Source: a virus. From it: a stretch of 64,000 nucleotides of DNA. The position numbers and the translations under genes were made by a program. The notes beneath the pieces were generated by a model. The model saw nothing but the letters and a program-made list of their open reading frames with translations, ran no database searches and was not told where the DNA came from. Below, piece by piece: positions 10,732 through 20,851 of the stretch (position 1 is the stretch's first letter; each line of letters opens with the position of its first letter). The stretch is taken from IMG/VR virus record IMGVR_UViG_3300033512_000075, positions 1 through 64,000 of that record; one strand, 5' to 3'.

Positions 10732-13670
10732 GTTTAATGCAGATAAACAAAGGATACTTTGATAAAGGTGTATTCTTGTTTGAGAACGGAAAATACATCT
10801 ATATAGAAGAGATTTTATATAGTGGTAATGGGATAGTGTGGGAGTCTGAATTTGAGCCTCTTGCTCACCCTAATCCTAATAACTTATCAGAGATATTACC
10901 GGGACATAAATGGAGACAAGTAAGACACGCAGGAGATGAATATCCACAAAAACCCATGAAGATAATTCCAGAAGATGGCAGAACTCCTATGTTTAAAGTA
11001 GAGGACAGGAAGCTGTATCAAAAGTACATAGATGAGCCCGATACTAAGTATGTGCAATTATTTGATTTAGAGGAGTTAAGAGGAACTAAAGGTGATACAG
11101 GAGACAAGGGAGAAGGACTTAAGATAGATGCTGCAGGTTATTTGAATCATAGACCTAACTGCAATACTAAACATGAGCATACACAACCTACTTGCAATTC
11201 ATGTAATCCCAATGCAAGACCCGTAGTTACTACTTGCAGTGGAATTGGTAGTACATTTTTAACTTTGGGTAAGTCTGACGGTACCGATTCAATTGAAGGT
11301 GTACTTTCTGTAGATGATATTGTACTTTATAGTCCTGTGGTAGGAGAAAAGACATTATCTTATGCAGGAAAGACTGTAGTATTTACTGAGATAAACCCAC
11401 AAGATTTACCTAATGGTATAATTTATATAGGAGAAGAAGTAAGGTCAAGAGGCTCTATTACTATAAGTAATACAGGTGCAATAGGTAATACATTTACAGT
11501 TACTGTAGATGGTAATCCAATAGCAATCTATACTACAACAGGACTTGAAACAGTATCAAATATAGCAGCCACGTTGGCTATTAGTTTGGGTGCTGGATAT
11601 AGAGGTATTACATTTGGGGCTTCGTCTTTCTATGTAGATGCTCCTATAGGTGCAGGGGAATCTGGAGATAATAGAGTGTTGGCATTGGTTGTTACAGGTA
11701 CTGCTGCCGGTTCAGTAGTGGCATTAGGCAACGTGACTGCAGGAGTTAATAGGGGAGCACATACAGTAGATGAACAAGTTAATGCAATACTTGCAGTACC
11801 ATCTCCTATTGACTACCACGAAGAAGGAATAGGAAGCGGTATTAAACTGACTCGAAGATTGACTTCTGGTACTATAGATGGTAATCTTACAGTAGGCAAT
11901 ACCGGAATAGATTTAAGACATAATATAATAGCACGAGGTATAGAGGCTATTGTTGCTGTAGTGGATACAAGATATCCCGGAGAGGCTGCAGGAGTAGGTC
12001 AGACAGGAGAGGGAGTCAGGGGTAATGTTTATGTATGTACTAAGGCAGGTTGGATTTTAATGACTAATATAGCTGCTCCTGTATACAAGATGGCACCTAC
12101 AGAAGACTATGCTATAACAAAGTTTAACGGATTGTATATGGAGGACTATGTGGATTTAGAAGTTCCTGCTGGTGATGGAAGTACTATATACATGGATGAG
12201 ATTACATATAAGTTAGGAGTAAAGATAAATAGCATAGAACCCGCACACCTTAAAGATGGTAGTTTTGGGGACGGTTTAGAGGAAGGTGTTGTTGGAGGTA
12301 CAGGATATAAAGAGGATCCGATTATAGTTAAGGTGTCTGATTTTGATGGTGTTGGTCTTAAAGCATATACATCAATAACAGATTTATATGATGATTTACA
12401 AGTAGATGTAGAGCCTTTATTAAGTGATGGTTTAATACATACTGATAAAGGTAGAAATGGATTAGTTCCTTTAACTACAGATGGAGAGATGGTTAAATTT
12501 GCTACTGTTAAAGTAACCGATTTAATTACACCTACAACAGCTATACAAACAGGGTTAATTAATTCATTAAATCACCCACTCGGAGTTATACATGAAACTG
12601 ATACATTTGAGAATATATATGTAAAACCCGGAGATGCTATAGAAGTTGATATAAAAGGAGTTAATGTAAAGTCAGACGAGCTTACTTTAACATCATTAGA
12701 TAGTCCTATAATTAAAGTAATGGAGACAGATAGTCTCACATTAGGAGTACAAGCTAAGCATATCCATAGTAATATGGCTAATGAAACTAAAGGATTAGAA
12801 AAAGAAAATGACACTACAGGCCAGTTCTATGTTAAGATAGATACTACTGATGTAGTTATAAATCCTCTAATGTATAATAACTTAGGTGAAGTCACATTGA
12901 CTATTCACGGAGTACAAGGAAAGCACCTACATAGAAATATAGCAGATGAGGATAATGGGGCTTTATTTATGGATGAGACTTTAGATAAGCTTCAAGTCAA
13001 GGTAGTACCTTTAGGAGGCTTGAGAATAATAAATGAAGGCCTTGAAATAGATAAGTCTGATTTGACTTGGTTAGATGATTTTGTAGTTAAGAAAGTAGAA
13101 CTACAACCATATAAGGGATGGGTTGGCGGACTCGGTGAAACTAATCTCGGAGATTTGACAGGCGATATTGGAATAAGAGGAGATGTGAATTCAGATATTT
13201 ATATGAATATTCTGATAAAGAGAGATGGTCAATTTATTGAAGTAGTTCCTGAGACTAATATAGCAGCATTACAGGCGTTAATAGATTTAAAGATAAATGC
13301 CTACGACTCATTGGTTCATAGTATACCAGATATAAATGGACTTCAGGCAGCACTTGATTCTAAGTTAGATGATTCTCAAGCAGGGGTGTCTATTGCAACG
13401 TTAGGTATAGATGGAAAATTAACTCCGTCTCAAAGATGGGATTTAGCAGCACATACACATGTGATAGCTGATGTAACTAGTTTACAAATAGAATTGGATA
13501 AAAGAGTCGAGAGTTGTACTTGGTATGATAATATATTAATAAGAGCTGTAGAGAATTCTACAGGAGGGTTATATATAAGGTCTGCCGACGATGCAACTAA
13601 GATGTTTAAATTACATGTAGATAACAATGGTAACTTGTTTACAACAGACACTGACCCTAATTGCGGATAA
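10728..13670 (+). CDS. Tail fibre protein with short collagen-like segment (980 aa)
   Basis: GXY run 'GTKGDTGDKGEG' and a G/T/V/I-rich beta-rich body. The C-terminal 'LAAHTHVIADVTSLQIELDKR' resembles phage tail-fibre repeat endings. Confidence 0.7.
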   Translation: MSLMQINKGYFDKGVFLFENGKYIYIEEILYSGNGIVWESEFEPLAHPNPNNLSEILPGHKWRQVRHAGDEYPQKPMKIIPEDGRTPMFKVEDRKLYQKYIDEPDTKYVQLFDLEELRGTKGDTGDKGEGLKIDAAGYLNHRPNCNTKHEHTQPTCNSCNPNARPVVTTCSGIGSTFLTLGKSDGTDSIEGVLSVDDIVLYSPVVGEKTLSYAGKTVVFTEINPQDLPNGIIYIGEEVRSRGSITISNTGAIGNTFTVTVDGNPIAIYTTTGLETVSNIAATLAISLGAGYRGITFGASSFYVDAPIGAGESGDNRVLALVVTGTAAGSVVALGNVTAGVNRGAHTVDEQVNAILAVPSPIDYHEEGIGSGIKLTRRLTSGTIDGNLTVGNTGIDLRHNIIARGIEAIVAVVDTRYPGEAAGVGQTGEGVRGNVYVCTKAGWILMTNIAAPVYKMAPTEDYAITKFNGLYMEDYVDLEVPAGDGSTIYMDEITYKLGVKINSIEPAHLKDGSFGDGLEEGVVGGTGYKEDPIIVKVSDFDGVGLKAYTSITDLYDDLQVDVEPLLSDGLIHTDKGRNGLVPLTTDGEMVKFATVKVTDLITPTTAIQTGLINSLNHPLGVIHETDTFENIYVKPGDAIEVDIKGVNVKSDELTLTSLDSPIIKVMETDSLTLGVQAKHIHSNMANETKGLEKENDTTGQFYVKIDTTDVVINPLMYNNLGEVTLTIHGVQGKHLHRNIADEDNGALFMDETLDKLQVKVVPLGGLRIINEGLEIDKSDLTWLDDFVVKKVELQPYKGWVGGLGETNLGDLTGDIGIRGDVNSDIYMNILIKRDGQFIEVVPETNIAALQALIDLKINAYDSLVHSIPDINGLQAALDSKLDDSQAGVSIATLGIDGKLTPSQRWDLAAHTHVIADVTSLQIELDKRVESCTWYDNILIRAVENSTGGLYIRSADDATKMFKLHVDNNGNLFTTDTDPNCG
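11082..11117 (+). repeat. Collagen-like GXY triplets (4 units) inside the fibre gene
   Basis: GGA ACT AAA GGT GAT ACA GGA GAC AAG GGA GAA GGA encodes GTK GDT GDK GEG. Confidence 0.8.
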
Positions 13671-14149
13671 TGGATAATAGTAAATTACAACCACAAGCAC
13701 ACTTATTTAATGAAGTCGATATTACGAGGAATGATTTATCATTCCTTGTTTTCGATTTGAATGGGACTAAATATAAAATAAGTGTAGAGAATTTAAAGGA
13801 ACTATTAATAGATAATAGTGAATTAGTTAATGCTATTGATACATTAGATATTAAATTTAGTAGCAGTACCTCATCTAATAGACAAGACTTAATTGTATTA
13901 TCGGATAGTTTAAATAATTTATTAACAAACAACAATGAGTTAATTAGTAAAATTGATAAAATAGAAGCTAAGTTAGATAGTAACCCATTAATTAATATAC
14001 AGGACTTACTTGTATTAGTAACTCCTATAAATATATTATCAGATAGTAAGATAGAGCTTATTGTAGATAAGATAGGTACTGTATATAGTGATGGGGACAG
14101 AATAAGAACATTGACAAGGAATGGGTGGAAAACAATCAAATTTGAATAA
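13670..14149 (+). CDS. Hypothetical coiled-coil protein between the two fibre genes (159 aa)
   Basis: The real start is probably ATG 13670 (TAATG overlap with the upstream stop), not the TTG at 13661. L/N/I/D-rich with heptad-like repeats. The stop overlaps the next start (TAATG). Confidence 0.6.
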   Translation: MDNSKLQPQAHLFNEVDITRNDLSFLVFDLNGTKYKISVENLKELLIDNSELVNAIDTLDIKFSSSTSSNRQDLIVLSDSLNNLLTNNNELISKIDKIEAKLDSNPLINIQDLLVLVTPINILSDSKIELIVDKIGTVYSDGDRIRTLTRNGWKTIKFE

Positions 14150-16101
14150 TGAGAGATATAAGAGAATCAGTACAAATATTATACAGTCCTGATATAGAGT
14201 GGGACTTTACTACAGGACTGTATCCCCCACATGATCATGCTGGATTTAAATGGTCAGGTAACTTTATACCTGTAAAAGAAAGTAGTGTAAAAGGAGAGAT
14301 GGAATTATATCATGTGTGGATGAAGATGAAAGTAGGAGAAAGAGATGCATGGACAAGCCCAATGAAGTTAGTTACTACATTAAATAAAGGAGACAAGGGA
14401 GATAAGGGAGATAAAGGAGACATCGGAGTTGGAGTTAAGGGAAACGATGGATTAAGTCCTGTAGTACAGTTTGCAGATAGTAAATATGTGCAAGTGCCTC
14501 ATACAAGTCCTTCTATAAGATTCTTTAGATTTTGGAAAGACCCTTATAATGCTACATCATGGTATCCGCTTAATAGACAAATAGATTTATTTGAGGCACT
14601 ACCGGCAGGACAGGATGGACAGATACTGTCAAGTCATGGAGGGATGGTAGAGTGGGTAAATCCAGTATTGCCTTACACAGATGCAGATGCAGTAGCGGCA
14701 GTTATAGATGATAGCTTACTTACAGCATTAAATAGAACATATTCCATAGATAAGTTGAATTTAGTATATGCCCCAATAGTACATACACATGATGATAGAT
14801 ATTATACAGAAACAGAATTGAGTACATCCGGACAATCTTCAATTCATTGGGATAATATAACAAATAAGAGTATATCAAGTATATTAAGTGCTTCTTCTCC
14901 ATTACAATTAAGTTTAGGAGTACTCACACATTTAGATACAGATGGAAATAAGCATATACCAACAGGAGGAGCATCGGGTAGTGTATTAAGTACAAATGGA
15001 AGTGGTGTGTATAATTGGGTAACCCCTTCAACAACAAGAATACAAGATACAGACGGCGACACGTTTGTAGACACACAGTATGATGGAACTGACCCAGATA
15101 TAGTTACAATTAAAACAGGGCTTACAACAGGCACAAAGTTTCAAATACTTTCTTCGGGTGGAAGTTTTTTTTCTTATGGCACTTCATTATTAAGTTTTAA
15201 TGTAGGAAAAACATTGAATTTTACTGCTGACGGCGTTGGTAATGGTCGTGTATTTGCTCTTACACCCGCAGGCATAGGTTATAATTTTGGAACTAATGAT
15301 ATTGTTACTCCTGTTATTTTATGGGGTAACGGATTATATTTTCATAATGATGGTTATGGTCAATCAAGATTAAACGCCACAGGAGCAGATTTTTATTTGC
15401 AAACTGTTAATGCTAAAATAGGAATAGTAGGGTATGGCAATTCTGCAAGGCATAATACATATTCTAAACCTGATAATTTAAGAGCATCTATTAATCTTGG
15501 CATTGAACATTTATTCAATGGTAGTACAACAATAAATGCTCCAGCCGCATTTACTATGGTTGAAAATCTATTTTCTATTTATAATCCTGTTACGACATAC
15601 AGCCTTTATGGACCAGGTATTGCCGAAGCAACATACACATTAACTAACGGCAGTAGTTCCGTTACAATAATAGGAGGAACCGCTGTTTTATTAAGTGAAG
15701 TTAGAGCAGGTGATACTATAACTTTTAAAAAAGGAAACCCAAACACACCAACAGAAACACACATACTTACAGTTCTTAGTGTAAATAGTAATACATCTTT
15801 GACATTAAGTTCTCCTTTTACGGGAACAACAGGAACAGATTATTATTTAGAATTAAATAGTTCTGTTGGAAGAAAATTTACTATAAATCGGTTTGGTGAA
15901 TCTGCTTTTGGAAGCCACGAACCAACAGAGAAATTAGACGTACAAGGTAATATTAGAGTTAGAGGTAATATGCTTAAATTAGATGGTATATCTACAGCAA
16001 CAAGAGACGCTTTAACAGGTGTTGCGGGGGATATTATTTACAATACTACTACCAATAAACACGAAGGATTTAACGGTAATATATGGAATCCTTTATATTA
16101 A
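14149..16101 (+). CDS. Tail fibre protein with collagen-like (GDK)n segment (650 aa)
   Basis: 'KGDKGDKGDKGDIGVGVKGNDG' collagen-like run. 'YAPIVHTHDDRYYTETEL' is a tail-fibre-repeat-like motif. The C-terminal half is beta-rich. Confidence 0.7.
   Translation: MRDIRESVQILYSPDIEWDFTTGLYPPHDHAGFKWSGNFIPVKESSVKGEMELYHVWMKMKVGERDAWTSPMKLVTTLNKGDKGDKGDKGDIGVGVKGNDGLSPVVQFADSKYVQVPHTSPSIRFFRFWKDPYNATSWYPLNRQIDLFEALPAGQDGQILSSHGGMVEWVNPVLPYTDADAVAAVIDDSLLTALNRTYSIDKLNLVYAPIVHTHDDRYYTETELSTSGQSSIHWDNITNKSISSILSASSPLQLSLGVLTHLDTDGNKHIPTGGASGSVLSTNGSGVYNWVTPSTTRIQDTDGDTFVDTQYDGTDPDIVTIKTGLTTGTKFQILSSGGSFFSYGTSLLSFNVGKTLNFTADGVGNGRVFALTPAGIGYNFGTNDIVTPVILWGNGLYFHNDGYGQSRLNATGADFYLQTVNAKIGIVGYGNSARHNTYSKPDNLRASINLGIEHLFNGSTTINAPAAFTMVENLFSIYNPVTTYSLYGPGIAEATYTLTNGSSSVTIIGGTAVLLSEVRAGDTITFKKGNPNTPTETHILTVLSVNSNTSLTLSSPFTGTTGTDYYLELNSSVGRKFTINRFGESAFGSHEPTEKLDVQGNIRVRGNMLKLDGISTATRDALTGVAGDIIYNTTTNKHEGFNGNIWNPLY
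14389..14457 (+). repeat. Tandem 9-nt GGAGAYAAR units encoding collagen-like triplets
   Basis: GGAGACAAG GGAGATAAG GGAGATAAA GGAGACATC, followed by degenerate GXY codons. Confidence 0.8.
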
Positions 16102-16119
16102 TAAAATAAATACAACACA

Positions 16120-16503
16120 ATGATAAAAATAGCAGCAAATAAAATTAAAACTTCTGATGTATTAATACCAGAAGAAGTGTATGTAAGAACAATGCAAGAT
16201 AGTAGAGAAGGAGAGGTTGAAACATTGGATTCAATTCCTTGTTTAAGATTCTTTTATGATTATCGAGCTTACTTAAAAAGCAAATGGGATGAAAAAATAG
16301 CAGAAGGTAAAAAAGGCATAGAAGCTAATACTATTACTGTTGATAGTCTTGATAGGGGTAATATTGTATTAATACCTGTCTTAAAGCCTATTGTATCAGC
16401 AAATTTAGCAGAGTTGTCTCTATTTTTTAATAGAGAATACAAAGATCACCTAAAGACTTGTTTAGGTATATTAGAAGAAGACATAACTATAATTCAAATG
16501 TAA
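16120..16503 (+). CDS. Hypothetical protein (127 aa)
   Basis: ATG start 18 nt after the fibre gene stop. The stop overlaps the next start (TAATG). Confidence 0.7.
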   Translation: MIKIAANKIKTSDVLIPEEVYVRTMQDSREGEVETLDSIPCLRFFYDYRAYLKSKWDEKIAEGKKGIEANTITVDSLDRGNIVLIPVLKPIVSANLAELSLFFNREYKDHLKTCLGILEEDITIIQM

Positions 16504-17681
16504 TGGTAACATATAATAATTTAAAATTAGACCCTGCTGGAAACACTATAAAGATAGATAGTTTCCAAGATAATTACAAAGACTTCAGAACTATATTTGG
16601 TGGAGGTACTACATTAAGAGAACCATTAAAGAAATTTAATAAGTTTACTAATGGTACAGGAACTGTAGTATACAACACTTCTGAAGAGAGATATGTGCTG
16701 TCAGTAGCTACTGCTGGAGATTATGCTATATTACAACAGTCCTATAACAACCCTTACTTTGAAGGTAATAGACAAATATTCGACATAACATCAGAGTTAA
16801 TGCACCCTGAGACAGGTAAGATTAAGATGTTTGGTTATTGGGATATGCAGTCTGTCGGTGTGGATTTTGCCAAGAAAGATGGTATATTGATAGAGACAGA
16901 TGATACTAAAGTGTACTTAAGGACGTACCATGATGGTACAAAAGGATTTGAAGAAGATATAACAGCTTATACAGATTGGGAAAAGTTTGCTGTATTATCT
17001 TATATATTCCTTTGGTTAGGAGGTGCTTTATTAGAGCCTTATATGTTTTTAAGCTCTGTTGGAGTCAAGGAACTAATAAAGAATACACAGGTAGGTCTGG
17101 CAGGTCAGTTTATTAAAAGACCTAATAAGCCTATAACAATGGCTATATTAAGTACTTCAGGTGCAGGTAGTTGTAAGTATATATGTTCTATGGTGGCTAC
17201 TAAACAAGTAGATAGCTGGGCAGGGCTTTCTGTTCCTGTTTATATGAAGTCCCAAGTAAATACTAATATAGTAGGAACTTACTATCATTTAAAGTCTGTT
17301 AAGATAGCAGAAGAATATACAAGGGGAGGCTGTGCTATTATAGAAAGAATAGGTATGACAGGAACTACTACTTCAGATGCAGGCATATTACTTATATGTA
17401 AAGGTGCCAATATAAGTCCGACTATGGTGCCTGTACCTGATAGTATAATAGAAGAAAGTAATAATTTGACTGGTACTACTATAACAGAAGCCAACTTGGG
17501 GACAATTATAAGTGCATTTGAGTTTAACAGCGGTTCTCCAATAGAACATAAGACAGAGTATATAGGTAAATTTTTACCTATAAGTATCAGCGGGGATAAT
17601 CCTATTTACAATTTTATATATTTGTCGTTATCTGCTACGCAGTCCACAAGTGTGTTAGTTAATTTTATTGAATTTAAATAA
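16503..17681 (+). CDS. Hypothetical tail-module protein (392 aa)
   Basis: ATG at 16503 overlaps the upstream TAA and is preferred over the in-frame non-ATG start at 16458 given by the ORF track. Beta-rich sequence with no motif recognised. Confidence 0.7.
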   Translation: MVTYNNLKLDPAGNTIKIDSFQDNYKDFRTIFGGGTTLREPLKKFNKFTNGTGTVVYNTSEERYVLSVATAGDYAILQQSYNNPYFEGNRQIFDITSELMHPETGKIKMFGYWDMQSVGVDFAKKDGILIETDDTKVYLRTYHDGTKGFEEDITAYTDWEKFAVLSYIFLWLGGALLEPYMFLSSVGVKELIKNTQVGLAGQFIKRPNKPITMAILSTSGAGSCKYICSMVATKQVDSWAGLSVPVYMKSQVNTNIVGTYYHLKSVKIAEEYTRGGCAIIERIGMTGTTTSDAGILLICKGANISPTMVPVPDSIIEESNNLTGTTITEANLGTIISAFEFNSGSPIEHKTEYIGKFLPISISGDNPIYNFIYLSLSATQSTSVLVNFIEFK

Positions 17682-17689
17682 CTAAAATT

Positions 17690-19234
17690 ATGGAATGGAC
17701 ATTCTTAGATATTCAAAAAGTAAAGGAAGCTTGTAAAGTTATCATAGCAGGGTTCTCTACATCTGCTCCTAATATGTCTGTAACTGAGACTAATAGTACT
17801 GCAATGCTATCTCAGTTAAGTGCTATAAATGGCAATACTAATTTAATAGAAACATTGCAAAGTAATACTAATTCATTACTTACAAGTATATCAGGCTACA
17901 CAGACCAGCTTGAAGGTTATGTTGATAGCATGGAATCTTTACTTACACTACTTGGAAGTAATACAGATAATATAGAGACGTTACTTACATCACTTGGATT
18001 AAATACAGATGGTATAGAAGCTGGGTTAAGTTCGATTCAAACAGCTATTGGATTACAAGCTAAATTAACTGACACTCAACCTGTATCAATAGCTTCTATT
18101 GCATTGCCTACAGGAGCTGCTACAGAAGCAACACTATCGAGTATAGAATCAAAAGATTTCGCTACACAAGCAACATCAGCAGCTATTTTAGCAAAGATTA
18201 TAACATCTCCTGCTACAGAATCTAAACAGGATAATACTATAACGGCCTTAGGTAACTTACTTACTGAATTGCAGTTAAAGGCAGATTTAACTGAAACACA
18301 ACCTGTATCTATAAGTAGTATCTCGTTAGCCGCTAATGCAGCTACTGAATCACAACAAGTATTACAGTTAGCTGAAGAGCAACAAATCAATTTAAACCTT
18401 GATGCTCTTACAACAGAAGTACAGCTAACTAATACTAAGTTAGATTTGGCAAGTACAGAAGCTACATCAAGTTCTATTCTTACAGCTATTGGTACATTAA
18501 ATACAGTAATAGGAGTGATGAGTGGTGATTTAGTATCTGTATTATCTAAATTAAATGAACAGGCTATTTTAACAGATACACAACCTGTAAGTATATCCAA
18601 TAATGTAGTAGTTGATTATTCTGCTACTACAAGTACATTTGAGTACGACCAAACACAAAGTCTATTAACCGGAATGGGTAATTTAGCTCAGAGCTGGCAG
18701 GCAGATAGTATAATAACTGCTTTAAGTACAAAGTTAAATAGTGGAGAAACTGTTAATGTGAGTCCTTTATCTGCCTTACTACCTCCTGACGGAGCTACTG
18801 AATCAAAGCAAGTTGAGATTAATACTAATCTACTTAGTATTCAATCAGATATGAACACATCACTAAATACCTTAATATCAAAGGATTTTAGTACAGATAC
18901 TACTTTAACTGCTTTGAGTGCAAAAGTTGATTATACAAATCTTCTTCTGGAAGCAGCAAATCTTAAATTAGATGATATAAATACAGGTATAAGTAACATT
19001 AATAGCTATACAAACGAGATACCTCTTATAGGGCTTTATGGTTCTGATGGGCAGATAAACGCAGGTTCAAGAAGTGTATCTTTGACTACAAGCAATGACT
19101 TTACAGGAACTGTATTAGGTATGTCTGTTACCCCAAGTACGACATATTCATTTACTGCTTCTGGTATAAATAGACTTGCGGATATCGGTTTTACAATATC
19201 TACAGGAACTTTACTAGTATTATCAACAAGATAG
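17690..19234 (+). CDS. Repeat-containing fibre-like structural protein (514 aa)
   Basis: T/S/L/A-rich. It has three 'T[DE]TQPVSI' motifs, at nt 18068-18091, 18290-18313 and 18572-18595. 'ATE[AS]...' segments recur between them. Confidence 0.55.
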   Translation: MEWTFLDIQKVKEACKVIIAGFSTSAPNMSVTETNSTAMLSQLSAINGNTNLIETLQSNTNSLLTSISGYTDQLEGYVDSMESLLTLLGSNTDNIETLLTSLGLNTDGIEAGLSSIQTAIGLQAKLTDTQPVSIASIALPTGAATEATLSSIESKDFATQATSAAILAKIITSPATESKQDNTITALGNLLTELQLKADLTETQPVSISSISLAANAATESQQVLQLAEEQQINLNLDALTTEVQLTNTKLDLASTEATSSSILTAIGTLNTVIGVMSGDLVSVLSKLNEQAILTDTQPVSISNNVVVDYSATTSTFEYDQTQSLLTGMGNLAQSWQADSIITALSTKLNSGETVNVSPLSALLPPDGATESKQVEINTNLLSIQSDMNTSLNTLISKDFSTDTTLTALSAKVDYTNLLLEAANLKLDDINTGISNINSYTNEIPLIGLYGSDGQINAGSRSVSLTTSNDFTGTVLGMSVTPSTTYSFTASGINRLADIGFTISTGTLLVLSTR

Positions 19235-19237
19235 AAT

Positions 19238-19672
19238 ATGTGTATATTAGATGCAACACAGGGAACTGATGGTATAGTCAGTGGATTACTGAACTATGGG
19301 GTGCTTGGTATATTTGCTGTTATAATGATAGCTATAATAAGATATTTAACAAAAGAATACAAAACACAGAATCAAGTAATTATAAATACTTATGTAGAAC
19401 AGATTAAATTGATTGTAACAGATAAGGACAAAGCAGTAGCAGAAAAGAATGAAATAAATGATAAATTTTTAGTACACTTAGAAACTACTGAAGTAAGATT
19501 ACTTGATATAATAACAGAAAACTCAAAGGCATTTGGTAAGGTAGCAGATTCAATAGAGAAAGTAGCAAGTTCTATATCTCTATTAGTACACAGTATAGAA
19601 GATAGATTTGAGTCTACTGATAACCTTAACTTAGGAATAAAAACACTAATAGCACAATTTAAACAGAAATGA
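19238..19672 (+). CDS. Membrane-anchored coiled-coil protein (144 aa)
   Basis: Single hydrophobic helix 'LLNYGVLGIFAVIMIAIIRYL' near the N-terminus, then a charged helical region. The stop overlaps the next start (ATGA). Confidence 0.6.
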   Translation: MCILDATQGTDGIVSGLLNYGVLGIFAVIMIAIIRYLTKEYKTQNQVIINTYVEQIKLIVTDKDKAVAEKNEINDKFLVHLETTEVRLLDIITENSKAFGKVADSIEKVASSISLLVHSIEDRFESTDNLNLGIKTLIAQFKQK

Positions 19673-20352
19673 TATTAAAGTACTATATAGATGAGATAAG
19701 ACTCACTCTAAAGTTAGATAATTCAGATGCTGAAATAGATGATAGGATAATAACACGCTGGCTTAACTCCCAGCGTGCTTTATTCATCAAGAATGAAGTA
19801 AATAAAGGAAACCCATTAACACATTCAGCATACCAAACCATCAATGGACTGCCACTAACACTTGTTAGTGGTAGGATGGTTCTAACTTATGATAGTAAAC
19901 AGTCTTATTTAACTACAGTAAGTAAGCTTCCACGTATAATGGAAGTGAAGGGAAGTCCATTAATAAGGTCTTTAAGATTACCTGAATTGGGTGGTAAGGA
20001 ATTGAATATTGAACTTCCAGAGAAGATAGAATACACCGGAAAAGGGGTGTTCAATAAGAATGAACTGTATGCAACCTATTATAAGGATAGAGTATATGTA
20101 AAGAATACAGAAGACTCCTTAGTGTCTACAAGTCTAAATGATATAACAATAGATGCTATATTTGAGAATCCGTTAGAGCTGATTAACTTCGTGGATAGCA
20201 ATGGTAATGCAGCCTATAATGTAGATAGAGACCATTACCCGATTAATGATACACTATGGGAGTATATATTGGGGGCTATTAGAAATAATAGGTATCTGTT
20301 ATTAAATCAAATAAAGGAAAACGAAGTAAATGACGACAGAGACAACACGTAG
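19669..20352 (+). CDS. Hypothetical tail-module protein (227 aa)
   Basis: Translationally coupled ORF. It contains degenerate copy E of the bipartite element at 20015-20043. Confidence 0.7.
   Translation: MILKYYIDEIRLTLKLDNSDAEIDDRIITRWLNSQRALFIKNEVNKGNPLTHSAYQTINGLPLTLVSGRMVLTYDSKQSYLTTVSKLPRIMEVKGSPLIRSLRLPELGGKELNIELPEKIEYTGKGVFNKNELYATYYKDRVYVKNTEDSLVSTSLNDITIDAIFENPLELINFVDSNGNAAYNVDRDHYPINDTLWEYILGAIRNNRYLLLNQIKENEVNDDRDNT
20015..20043 (-). repeat. Copy E (degenerate) of the bipartite element, in coding sequence
   Basis: The plus strand reads TTCCAGAGAAGATAGAATACACCGGAAAA. Confidence 0.4.
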
Positions 20353-20851
20353 TATAAAGATTACAACAACAATAAGAAGCTCCTTTGATGTAGATGACTG
20401 CTGGGACATATCTAATAAGGAACATACTAAAGACCTATTTAGAGATGTAATTAATAGTTACTTCAGAAATGTAGCAGACTACTTGATAGAAACAGGAGTA
20501 GATGTAAAGATGCAGTATAGATTAGGGCACTTTACATTAAGGAAAGAAAAAGTAGAGTTTATAATAAGAGATAATGGAGAGGTATTTACTAACTGCTATG
20601 TGAATAGAGAAGCTACAAAAGAGGTACAAAAGACAGACCCCTTTGCAAGACCTATCAGGTTAATGGATACAGAACATATATTAAGATTTAGTTGGAGGAA
20701 GGACGGATTTAGGAATATGAGTTCATATTACTTTAAGAAGTCCGGTGAGTTTTCTAAGAGGCTATTCGATAAAGCAATTAATAATGACTTAAGTAATTTC
20801 AATGAACTACGTAGAAATTTCTCGTATCTTAGAGAAGATAAACAGGGATAA
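20330..20851 (+). CDS. Hypothetical protein (173 aa)
   Basis: ATG start overlapping the upstream gene by 23 nt. Basic and aromatic-rich. Confidence 0.65.
   Translation: MTTETTRSIKITTTIRSSFDVDDCWDISNKEHTKDLFRDVINSYFRNVADYLIETGVDVKMQYRLGHFTLRKEKVEFIIRDNGEVFTNCYVNREATKEVQKTDPFARPIRLMDTEHILRFSWRKDGFRNMSSYYFKKSGEFSKRLFDKAINNDLSNFNELRRNFSYLREDKQG

Noticed and set aside
13657-14139. 160-aa minus-strand ORF exactly antisense to the 13670-14149 plus-strand gene
   Set aside because: Its L/S/I/N-rich low-complexity translation is typical of the shadow frame of A-rich coding DNA. The plus-strand ORF is translationally coupled (TAATG) to both neighbours, and the whole surrounding block is plus-strand.
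18076-18600. 174-aa minus-strand ORF inside the repeat-containing fibre-like gene
   Set aside because: It is a shadow ORF kept open by the biased, repetitive codon content of the sense strand. It has no start context and is antisense to a 54-kb co-directional operon.
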